From assembly GCA_028826165.1 (NCBI GenBank), contig JAPDFW010000073.1, positions 186,001 to 250,000 of the forward strand: a stretch of DNA of 64,000 bases. Direction: 5' to 3'. This DNA comes from Anaeramoeba ignava BMAN (lineage: Eukaryota; Protista; Anaeramoebae). A program made the position numbers and the translations under genes. This document shows positions 1 through 11,547 of the stretch, piece after piece; positions within the stretch are counted from its first letter, which is position 1; the number at the start of each line of letters is the position of its first letter. The notes beneath the pieces were generated by a model, which did not search any database, had not been told where the DNA came from, and saw only the letters and a list, made by a program, of their open reading frames with translations.

Positions 1-301
1 TTTTTAATTTCTTTTTCATCAAAAAAATAAAAAAATAAAAATAAAAAAAATAAAAATAAAAAGATAATTATTAAATTTGGGTATTATTTTTTTTAATCCA
101 AAAGATGAACCAAAAAAAAAATTGATTGTTTAGTGAAACTTTTTCCAACAGAATGAATAAATCTGAGAAAAGAACAAAGATAAAGACAAGAGAAAGTCAA
201 TATCTAAAATATGAAAGAAAAAGAAAAAAAAAAGGAAAAAAAAGGAAAAAACAAGAAAACAAAAAAAAAAATGGAAAAAAAAAATGGAAAAAAAAAACAA
301 C

Positions 302-880
302 TCAAAGAATAAAGCAGAGTTTCTTTTTGCGCGGACCCAACGGCAAACCGTCATTAGATTTAGGGTCTTTACCGCCGTTATACTTACGAATTTGCCTTAC
401 ACATTGAAAAAAGGCCTCCTCAACATTTTCTCTAGTTTTAGCAGAAGTTTCAATATAAGCGCATTGGAACAATTTTGCCAAATCCTTGAGTTCATCAAGA
501 GAAACTTGGCGGTTTTTAGTAAGATCTTTTTTATTGCCGACAATAACCATTGGAAAATGGTCAGCCTCTTTAGTCTTAAGAATATTGTCTTTATATAAAG
601 TAACTTCATCAAAAGAGCTGCGCATATTGATTGCATATACAATTACAAATCCATCCCCGCTTCTCACGTATGTGTCTCGCATAAGCGCATATTCTTCTTG
701 TCCTGCTGTGTCAATTATTTCTAACATACTCACTTGCCCGTCAATTTCTACTTGTTTTTGATAGAAATCTTCTATCGTTGGTTCGTATTCTTCTATGAAT
801 TGTGAGTGGATTAATTGTACCGTTAGTGCGGATTTTCCTACTCCTCCTCCTCCTACAACTACTATTTTATAACTCGGCAT
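302..880 (-). CDS. ras: Ras-family small GTPase, intronless, 192 aa
   Basis: G1 GGGGVGKS, effector loop YEPTIEDFY, G3 DTAGQEEY, G4 NKKD, G5 SAK, polybasic RKKK and CaaX CFIL. Confidence 0.96.
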   Translation of the reverse strand: MPSYKIVVVGGGGVGKSALTVQLIHSQFIEEYEPTIEDFYQKQVEIDGQVSMLEIIDTAGQEEYALMRDTYVRSGDGFVIVYAINMRSSFDEVTLYKDNILKTKEADHFPMVIVGNKKDLTKNRQVSLDELKDLAKLFQCAYIETSAKTRENVEEAFFQCVRQIRKYNGGKDPKSNDGLPLGPRKKKLCFIL

Positions 881-1159
881 TGTAAAATAGAAAAAAAAAG
901 CAAAAAAAAAATGAAAAAAAAATTGAAAAAAAAATTAAAAAAAAAATTTTTAATAAGAAATTTTGTTTATCTCTTTTTTTTAATCATTTAATTTTTTTTT
1001 CTCCTTTTGTTTTTTTTTTCTCCTTTTTTTTTCTTTATTTAAATTTCTTTTTCTTTTTTTTTCATTTTTTTTTTCATTTTTTTTTCTTTTATTAATTATT
1101 CCAAATTATTTAAAATTTTTAAAATTTAATTTTCTAAATAATTTTACTATTTATTTTTT

Positions 1160-4100
1160 ATGGGAAATTGTTCAAAAAATCCTGATTTTAAATCAAAAGA
1201 AATTGAAAGAAATAAACTTATCCAAAAATTAATTGATAAAGATTCAAATTCAATTCAAAAAGAGCAAGTACGAATTTTACTTTTAGGTAGATAAATATTT
1301 TGAAATGATTTTAATATTAAAAAATTTTTAAAAAGATTTTTATTTTATGAACATTTAATTGATCAAGTTTATAAAGAGCAAATAAAAAAAAATTTTCAAA
1401 TAAAAAAAAATTTATTTTTGATTTAGTATTCAATCGATGAATTATTTTAAAAGCAATTTAAAACATTTAAAAGCAAATTTAAAATAAGCAATTTTAAAAG
1501 CAATTTTCCAACAAATCAAAAAATTAATTTAAAACATCAATTTAAATTAATATATAAATTAATATTTAAATTAATATTTAAATTAATATTTTAAATTAAT
1601 ATTTAAATTAATATTTAAATCAATATTTAAATCAAATATTTAAATCTAATATTTAAATTAATATTTAAATCAAATATTTAAATTAATATTTAAATTAATA
1701 TTTAAATTAATATTTAAATTAATATTTTAAATTAATATTTAAATCAAATATTTAAACCAATAATTAAATTAATATTTAAATCAATAATTTAAATTAATAT
1801 TTAAATTAATATTTAAATTAATATTTAAATTAATATTTAAATTAATATTTAAATTAATATTTAAATTAATATTTTAAATTAATATATAAATTAATATTTA
1901 AAATCTAATATTTAAATTAATATTTAAATTAATATTTAAATTAATATTTAAAATTAATATCCAAATAAATATTTAAATTAATATTTTAATTAATATTTAA
2001 ATTAATATTTTAAATTAATATTTTAAATTAATATTTAAAATAATATTTTAAATTAATATTTAAATTAATATTTAAATTTATATATAAATTAATATATAAA
2101 TTAATATTTAAATTAATATTTAAATTAATATTTAAATTAATATTTAAATCAAATAATTTAAATTAATATTTAAATCAATATTTAAATTAATATTTAAATC
2201 AATATTTAAATTAATATTTAAATCAATATATAAATTAATATTTAAATTAATATTTAAATTAATATTTAAATCTAATATTTAAATTAATATTTAAATTAAT
2301 ATTTAAATTAATATTTAAATCTAATATTTAAAAATTAATATTTAAATTAATATTTAAAATTAATATTTAAATTAAATATTTAAAATTAATATTTAAATTA
2401 ATATTTAAATTAATATTTATAATTAATATTTAAAATTAATATTTAAATTAATATTTTAAATTAATATTTAAATTAATATTCAAATCAATATTTTAAATCA
2501 AATATTTAAATTAATATTTAAATTAATATTTAAATCAATATTTAAATTAATATTTAAATTAATATTTAAATAAATATTTATATTAATATTTATATTAATA
2601 TTTAATAATTAATATTTATATTAATATTTAAAATTAATATTTAAATTAATATTTATAATTAATATTTAAATTAATATTTAAATTAATATTTAAATTAATA
2701 TTTAAATTAATATTTAAATTAATATTTAAATTTAAATTAATATTTAAATTAATATTTAAAATTAATATTTAAATTAATATTTAAATTAATATTTAAATTA
2801 ATATTTAAATTAATATTTAAATTAATATTTAAATTAATATTTAAATTAATATTTAAATTGATATTTAAATTAATATATAAATTAATATTTAAATTAATAT
2901 TTAAATCAAATATTTAAATTAATATTATATAAATTAATATTTAAATTAATATTTAAATCAAATATTTAAATTAATATTTAAATCAAATATTTAAATTAAT
3001 ATTTAAATTAATATTTAAAATTAATATTTAAATTAATATTTAAATTAATATTTTAAATTAATATTATTATAAATTAATATTTAAATTAATATTTAAATTA
3101 ATATTTAAATTAATATTTAAATTAATATTTAAATTAATATTTAAATTAATATTTAAATTAATATTTAAATTAATATTTAAATTAATATTTAAATTAATAT
3201 TTAAATTAATATTTAAATTAATATTTAAATTAATATTTAAATTAATATTTAAATTAATATTTAAATTAATATTTAAATTAATATTTAAATTAATATTTAA
3301 ATTAATATTTAAATTAATATTTAAATTAATATTTAAATTAATATTTAAATTAATATTTAATAATTAATATTTAAAATCAATATTTAAATTAATATTTAAA
3401 TTAATTAGGAACTGGTGAATCAGGAAAAAGCACATTTTTTAAACAAATGAAACTGATTCAAAATAAAAACTTTGATGAAAAAACCCTTAATTCATTTAAA
3501 CCAACTATATTTTCAAATGCATTATCACAAATGAAAATTCTTTGTGTTATGGCTGATCAATTGGGAATTCCTGTTGAAAATGATGTAAAAATCATTTTTA
3601 AATCAAAATAAAACAATTTTTTTTTCATTTATTTTGATTTTTATTTGTAAATATTAGGAAGTTAGAATCAAGTTTTTGGATCTTAAGCGTTCTGATATGC
3701 AAATTACTCCTCAAATTGCTATGTGGATTAATACTCTTTGGAAAGATCCTGGAATTCAATCCACTTTTAAAATGAGAAAAAGGAAATTTCAAATTAATGA
3801 TTCTGCATCTTAGTATAAATTTTAAAATTAAAATTAAAATTAAAATTAAAATTAAAATTCATTTATAAAATTCATTTATAAAATTCATTAAAATTAAAAT
3901 TCATTTATAAAATTAAAATCAAAATTAAAATTCATTTATAAAATTCATTTATAAAATTAAAATTTGTTTCTTCTTTGATTTCAAGTTTCTTTGATAATAT
4001 TGAAAGAATTTCAAAACCAGATTATTTACCAACAAATGAAGATGTTATAAGAGCAAGATCAACTACAAGATCAATACAAGAAGCACAATTCGAAGTTTTT

Positions 4101-4733
4101 AATTTTAAATTTCGTCTTGTTGATGTTGGAGGTCAACAAAACGAAAGAAGAAAATGGTTTTTTAAATTAAATTAAATTAAATTAAATAATTTTTTGATTT
4201 TTATTTTTTTGATATTTTTTTGTAGGATTTCTTTATTTGATGATTCTTCTTCAATTATATTTTTTGTTTCATTAATTGATTATTGTCTTCAATTAAGAGA
4301 AGATCCAAGAAAAAATCGATTAGTTGTAAATAATTTTTAAAATGGAAAAATTTTTTCAATTTTAAAAAATTTAAATATTATTTAAAAAAAATTTTCAAAG
4401 GAAGCTTTAGATCTTTTTGCAGATATCGTTAACTCACCCTGGTTTGAAAAAACATCAATCATAATATTCTTTAATAAAATGGATCTTCTCAAAGAATCAT
4501 TAGAAGAAATTCCATTTTCAAGTGTATTTCCAGAATATGAAGGTCCAAATGATTTTGAAAATACAACTGAATTTATTAAAAAACAATTTCTTCAAACAAA
4601 AAAACATGAAGGAGAATCACAACAAATTTATCCTTTTCTTACTTGTGCAGTTGATACAGAAAATATTTCAAATGCTTTTAAAATTGCTATTGATAATATT
4701 TACACTCAAGCTTTAGATGATCTTGATTTTTAA
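1160..4733 (+). CDS. Heterotrimeric G-protein alpha subunit, 6 exons (1160-1286, 3409-3584, 3658-3812, 3986-4156, 4226-4325, 4401-4733), ~353 aa
   Basis: Spliced at GT-AG sites: MGNC N-terminus, RILLLGTGESGKST P-loop, DVGGQ, FNKMD, TCAVDT; exon lengths sum to 1062 nt in frame. Confidence 0.95.
1545..3405. repeat. 12-bp tandem array (TTTAAATTAATA)n filling G-alpha intron 1 (1287-3408)
   Basis: Direct reading; near-perfect copies at 3075-3360. Confidence 0.95.
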
Positions 4734-4959
4734 AAATTTAATTTAAAATTTAATTTTTAAAAATTGAAATTAAACAAAAAAAAAAATTGTTTTCTCAATC
4801 AAAATGAGTTTTTCATTGAAGAACCAAAATAAAAAAAAAATGAATGAATTTGATGAATTTTTCCAATAAAAAAAAAGTGTGAAAAATCAAAGAATTTTCT
4901 TGTCTTTTTTGGAATTAAAAAATTAAAAAAAAAAATCTTTTCTTTTTTAAGAAATTGGA

Positions 4960-6930
4960 TTATTTTCTTTGAGTAATTTGACCAAGTTCATCCAAAATTT
5001 CTTGAGGAACTAAAACTAAAGAAGAATTTGAAGATGAATTTAAAGCGTTTGTTAAAGCTCTTAAATATTGAACTGTCATTAAATAATCTGTTGCTTTAAT
5101 ATTTGATCCTTGAATTGCTTCTCTAATAGCAGTAACAGATCTTGCTTCAGCTTTTGAAATTAAAATTTTAGCTTCTGCAAGACCTTTTGCTTGTTGAATT
5201 TTAGAAGTTCTTGCTCCTTCAGCAAGCAAAACAATCTATAAAAAATTTTTTATATTTCATGTTGATTTAAATTTTTTGAAATAATGTTTTAAATTTCATG
5301 TTGATTTAAAATTTTTTATTGATTTAAATTTCATTTTTATTGAAATTGTTTACTTGTGCAGCTGTTCCTCTTGAACGAATAATCTCACTTTCTCTTTCTC
5401 CATCTGCTAATAAAATTGTTGCTCTTCTTTCTCTTTCTTCTCTGATTTGATATTCCATAGCACCCAAAATATCATCAGGAGGTGAAATATTAAATACTTC
5501 ACATCTATGAATAATAACTCCCCATCTATTGGCATCTCTTTCAATTTGTTGTTTTAATTCCGACTGAAATTTGTTTTATTTTGTTTTATTTTTGAATTTT
5601 AATTCGATTTAATTTGTTTTGTTTTTGAATTTTAATTAAATACATTAATTAATTCACGAGAAGAAAACGAATCATCAAGTGTAAGATTTGCCATAATGTT
5701 TCGTAAACTTGTTTGAGTAAGTAATTCAATTGCATCTGGTAAATTTTGAATTGAATAAACTGCCAATTTTGGATCAATAATTTGATAATACTTTTATAAT
5801 TTATATATATTTATATTTATATTTATATTTATATTTAATTTATTATTTTTTTTTTAAAATAAATTTACAACTAAAGCATCAATTTTAATTGCGACTGTAT
5901 CTCTACTGATAACAGGTTGACTTCCAAAAACGATAACATCTTTAAAAATTATTAAATTAAATTAAAATAAATTAAATTGATTTATTAAATTTAATTAAAT
6001 TAAATTGATTAATTAAATTTAATTAAATTAAATTGATTTATTAAATTTAATTAAATTAAATTGATTTATTAAATTTAATTAAATTAAATTAAATTGATTT
6101 ATTAAATTTAATTAAATTGAATTAAATTAAATTAAATTAAATTGATTTATTAAATTTAATTAAATTGAATTAAATTAAATTAAATTAAATTGAATAAATT
6201 TAATTAAATTAAATTGATTTATTAAATTAAAATTAAATTGATTTATTAAATTAAATTAAATTAAATTAAATTGATTTATTAAATTAAATTAAATTAAATT
6301 AAATTGATTTATTAAATTAAATTGAATTAAATTAAATTGATTTATTAAATTAAATTAAATTGATTTATTAAATTAAATTAAATTAAATTAAAATAAATTA
6401 AATTGATTTATTAAATTAAATTAAAATAAATTAAAATGATTTATTAAATTAAATTAAATTAAATTAAATTGATTTATTAAATTAAATTAAATTGATTTAT
6501 TAAATTAAATTGATTTATTAAAATAAATTAATAATTAAATTAAATTAAATTGATTTATTAAATTAAATTAAATTGAATTAAATTGATTTAAATTAAATTA
6601 AATTGATTTATTAAATTGAAAGAAAAACGCAAGAAAAAACTTACGTTCTCTCATATCAACTCTTTCAGTTTCTTCACGAATAATAACAGAAAAATTATTA
6701 GAAGTTTGTGGATATCTCCAATGAACTTTTCTTGGAGAATCAATAAAAGGAACAAGAACATGAACTCCAGGAAGTAAAGTTTTTTTATATTTTCCCCATC
6801 TTTCTAGAACCATTACTTCTGTGTGTCGCACAATTCGGCAACATTTTGCAATCAAAATCCATATGATTATCAAAACTATAAACAGTGCTACATATCCTCC
6901 AACCCATTGTCCTGTTGTAGATGAAGACAT
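4960..6930 (-). CDS. SPFH/band-7 (stomatin/paraslipin-like) membrane protein, 5 exons (6930-6645, 5939-5869, 5790-5644, 5563-5354, 5235-4960), ~329 aa
   Basis: N-terminal TM, VLERWGKY..L.PG.H.LVPFID, QPVISRDTV, LTQTSLRNIMA, SSRELIN, RWGV, ERERRATIL.A.G coiled coil. Confidence 0.93.
5945..6620. repeat. (TAAAT)n / TTGATTTATTAAA mixed array in SPFH intron 1 (5940-6644)
   Basis: Direct reading. Confidence 0.9.
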
Positions 6931-7149
6931 TTTATTCAGTTTTGCTTTTTTTTAAATTAAAAAAAAATTAAAAAAAAATTAAAAGAGAAATTAAAAGAAT
7001 AAAAAATAAAAAATAAGGAAAATAAAGTAAAAAAATGATTTATTGAATTTGTAAAAAAAAATTTTGTTTTTTATTTTTTCCTTAATTTACGTAATTTTTT
7101 TCATAAGTTGAATAATTTTTATGAATTTTTTAGTAATTTTTCTTTTTTA

Positions 7150-8620
7150 ATTTAATTAACAAAAAAAGTAGAACAGATCAATTTAACTAACAAAAAAAGT
7201 AGAACAAAACAAATTAATTCAATATTATTAATTCAAATCAATTTAATACAATATTATTAATTAAAATCAATTTAATACAATATTATTAATTAAAATCAAT
7301 TTAATACAATATTATTAATTAAAATCAATTTAATACAATATTATTAATTAAAATCAATTTAAATCAATATTATTAATTAACAAAAAAAGTAGAACAAATC
7401 AATTTAATTCAATATTATTAATTAAAATCAATTTAACTAACAAAAAAAGTAGAACAAATCAATTTAATTCAATATTATTAATTAAAAACAATTTAATTCA
7501 ATATTATTAATTAACAAAAAAAGTAGAACAAATCAATTTAATTCAATATTATTAATTAAAATTAATTTAATTCAATATTATTAATTAAAAACAATTCAAT
7601 TCAATATTATTAATTAACAAAAAAAGTGGAACAAATCAATTTAATTCAATATTATTAATTAAAATCAATTTAATACAATATTATTAATTAAAATCAATTT
7701 AATTCAATATTATTAATTAAAATCAATTTAATTCAATATTATTAATTAAAATCAATTTAATTCAATATTATTAATTAAAAACAAATTAATTCAATATTAT
7801 TAATTAACAAAAAAAGTGGAACAAATCAATTTAATTCAATATTATTAATTAAAATCAATTTAATATTAATTAAAATCAATTCAATTCAATATTATTAATT
7901 AAAAATCAATCCAATATTTTAATTTTTATTTTTCAATATTTATTAATTAACAAAAATTGGAATAATCAATTTAATTTAATATTATTAATTAAAATCAATT
8001 TAATTCAATATTATTAATTAAAAACAATTTAATTCAATATTATTAATTAACAAAAAAAGTGGAACAAATCAATTTAACTAACAAAAAAAGTAAAACAAAA
8101 CAAATTAATTAACAAAAAAAGTGGAACAAAACAATTTAACTAACAAAAAAAGTAGAACAAATCAATTTAACTCAATATTATTAATTAAAAACAATTTAAT
8201 TTAATATTATTAATTAAAAACAATTTAATTCAATATTATTAATTAAAAACAATTTAATTCAATATTATTAATTAAAATCAATCCAATTCAATATTATTAA
8301 TTCAAATCAATTTAATACAATATTATTAATTAACAAAAAAAGTGGAACAAATCAATTTAATTCAATATTATTAATTCAAATCAATTTAATACAATATTAT
8401 TAATTAAAATCAATCTAATTCAATATTATTAATTAAAATCAATTTAATTCAATATTATTAATTAAAAACAATTTAATTCAATATTATTAATTAACAAAAA
8501 AAGTAGAACAGATCAATTTAACTAACAAAAAAAGTGGAACAAATCAATTTAACTAACAAAAAAAGTAGAACAAAACAATTTAATTCAATATTATTAATTA
8601 AAAACAATTTAATTCAATTT
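7150..8620. repeat. Intergenic composite satellite of two modules: AATCAATTTAATTCAATATTATTAATTAA and CAAAAAAAGT(A/G)GAACAA
   Basis: Direct reading; the modules alternate in irregular order. Confidence 0.9.
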
Positions 8621-8734
8621 CAAATTTCATTTTGATTTCAAATTTCATTTTGACTTAAATTTTAATTTTGATTTTAATTCCTTTTTTTGAAAAAAAAAAA
8701 TCTTTTTCATTCATTCATTCATTCCCAATAAAAA

Positions 8735-11444
8735 TTAATCAATATAATTTTCAAAACAAGATTCAATCAAAGATTTCCCATTTATCATTTGAGTTGTACC
8801 AACAACAAAATCATATTTACTATCCTCCATTTGAGAAAGAAGACGAAGAGCAGAAATCTCAGAATAAGTAACACCACCAACAAAAAACACAAAACAAACC
8901 ATTTTCTTGTCAGATTGAACAACAACATTTTCAGAAGGAGCGTTTTGGCTCTTGGCATTTTGCTGAGCAATTTCACCATAAACACCATCAGTAAGCTGCT
9001 TCAAAACCTCTTCAATTTCTTTCCATCCATCACTTTTAATTGATTTTTGAATTAAACGTGCAGTGATTGGTGTGTATCCCGAATAAACAGAAGAAATCCC
9101 TTTGTTTTCATCAAAATTTGGATCGATCAAATTGAGGATTTTCTTCATCTGCACAAAATTCATCTTTCCTTTTCCTTTTGTTTGTCTTTTTTGAAACATC
9201 CCAAGTTTCGCCAATTTTTCAAGCGTAAAAATGTGCTTGAATCCATAATTCTGGATAATATCTTTTCGGAAATTATCGAAAACTTTTCCTTTAAAATCGT
9301 TATTAACCATTGATTGCAAACACAATAATCTCAAGACGTCCACAAGGGATTCGTCTGTATACATCATTTCCTCCACATATTCATTCACTGGATTGCCTTC
9401 AAAAACCAATCCGAGTTGGTTATTCACATATTTCTGGAATTTTTGTGTTTTCTGAGTTTTATTGAAAATATCCTCCAAAATATTCAAATGAATTGATAGT
9501 GAAAAATGCTCCTTTTGCAATCCAGGAAGTTTGTGCACAAAATTGCTGATGTCCCGAATCTCCTGCAGATTGTGGCGCTGGTCGTATTGCTCGGCAATAT
9601 ATCGTGCCTTTTGCTTTAAAAACTCGCCAACAAATCCGATGTTCAAGTCGCGAAGTTCCTCAAAAAGAACATCGTTTGAATTCAAAATATATTTTTCCTT
9701 CTTCGTTCCTTCTTTGCCAATGATTTTGGGTTCGAATTCAGCATAAGAATTCGTGATCTCATATAATTCATCAATAATTCCTTCATAAGTCAGTTGAATC
9801 ATCATTGGCGTAATCAAATCAATCATTCTGTCAACAACAACCAAGTTGTGAATTTTGGGTTGCACAGATGGATCAAGATGCGTATCTTTTCCCATTCGGA
9901 CCAACATGTCCGTTACAATTTTGGCATTTTTGCCGATATACTTCACTGTTGGAATCATCCCAAAAAATCCTTGCAATTTGTTGATTGCGCTGGATATAAA
10001 ATAAAGTGATGTTGTATCTCCTGATAAATAATCTTGAAATGAACTTTCCAAAAAAAGTGTGAAAACATCTTCGTCTAAATTTAATAAATCAAAATGGAAT
10101 TCGTTGATTGTCACAGCGCCTCTTACTCCTTGTTTTTCTAGGATTTTTTCACATAGAAATGATTTGTGAGGCACAAAGTAAATGTGGAATTCTTTTTTGG
10201 AAAATGTGTCGTTTGTTTCATTTAGTTTGATATAATTAGCAACTTTCTCAATAACTTCTTTTTTCGGTCGAATAAAAAAGAGTATATTTTTTTGTGTAAT
10301 TTTTGGATCTTGATCTTGGAAAACGAAAACCTTTCCTACTCCTAATTCCTTTTATATTTTTATAAATAATTTTATAAATAATTTTATAAATAATTTTATA
10401 AATAATTTTATAAATAATTTTATAAATAATTTTATAAATAATTTTATAAATAATTTTATAAATAATTTTATATTTAATTTTATAAATAATTTTATAAATA
10501 ATTTTATAATTAATTTTATAATTAATTTTATAAATAATTTTATAAACAATTTTATAAATAATTTTATAATTAATTTTATAAATAATTTTATAAATAATTT
10601 AATAATTAATTTTATATTTAATTTAATAAATAATTTTATAAATAATTTTATTATTAATTTTATAAATAATTTTATAAATAATTTAATAATTAATTTTATA
10701 TTTAATTTAATAATTAATTTTTATAAATAATTTTATAAATAATTTAATAAATAATTTTATAAATAATTTTTATAAATATTTTTATATATAATTTTATAAA
10801 TAATTTAATAAATAATTTTATAATTAATTTTATAAATAATTTTATTAATAATTTTATTATTAATTTTATATTTAATTTTATAAATAATTTTATATTTAAT
10901 TTTATATATAATTTTATAAATAATTTTTATAAATAATTTTATATTTAATTTTATAAATAATTTTATAAATAATTTTATATTTAATTTTTATAAATAATTT
11001 TATAATTAATTTTATAATTAATTTTATAAATAATTTTATAAATAATTTTATAAATAATTTTATAATAATTAATTTTATATTTAATTTTATAAATAATTTT
11101 ATAAATAATTTTATAATTAATTTTATAAATAATTTTATAAATAATTTAATAAACAATTTTATAAATAATTTTATATTTAATTTTATAAATAATTTTATAT
11201 TTAATTTTATATTTAATTTTATATTTAATTTTATAAATAATTTTATAAATAATTTTATATTTCAAACCTTTAATTCTGATTTATCAACTAAAAGTCCTAA
11301 TGGAAGCAAAAAATCATTATCTAAAATTAAACAAGTACCATTTTCAAAAGAAGTTAAAATTGAAAGTAATTCTTGTCTTGTATCTTCACGAATTGCTCCA
11401 ATATCTTTAATAATTTGAGCATTATCTAAATCCAAATAACTCAT
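8735..11444 (-). CDS. VPS33: Vps33-like Sec1/Munc18 protein, 2 exons (11444-11268, 10348-8735), ~596 aa
   Basis: VDRMIDLITPMMIQLTYEGIIDELY, LFEELRDLN, VLRLLCLQS, YSGYTPITARL, FFVGGVTYSEISALR, VGTTQMING. Confidence 0.93.
10352..11260. repeat. 12-bp tandem array (TTTTATAAATAA)n in Vps33 intron (10349-11267)
   Basis: Direct reading. Confidence 0.95.
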
Positions 11445-11547
11445 TTTAAAAGGAAAAAAAAATGGAAAAAAAAATGAAAAATGAAAAATGAAATTTTTTT
11501 ATTTAATTTTTTTGTTTTGAATTCTCTTAATTAATTAATTAATTAAT

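Noticed and set aside
126-598. Lys-rich and Phe-rich ORFs at the window start
   Set aside because: Poly-A/T 3' flank and antisense of the Ras gene
7150-8620. CRISPR-like repeat-spacer appearance
   Set aside because: Intervening sequences are themselves repeats, there are no cas genes, and the context is eukaryotic
10352-11156. ORFs reading IKLF/FIKL repeats
   Set aside because: Translation of the 12-bp array inside the Vps33 intron
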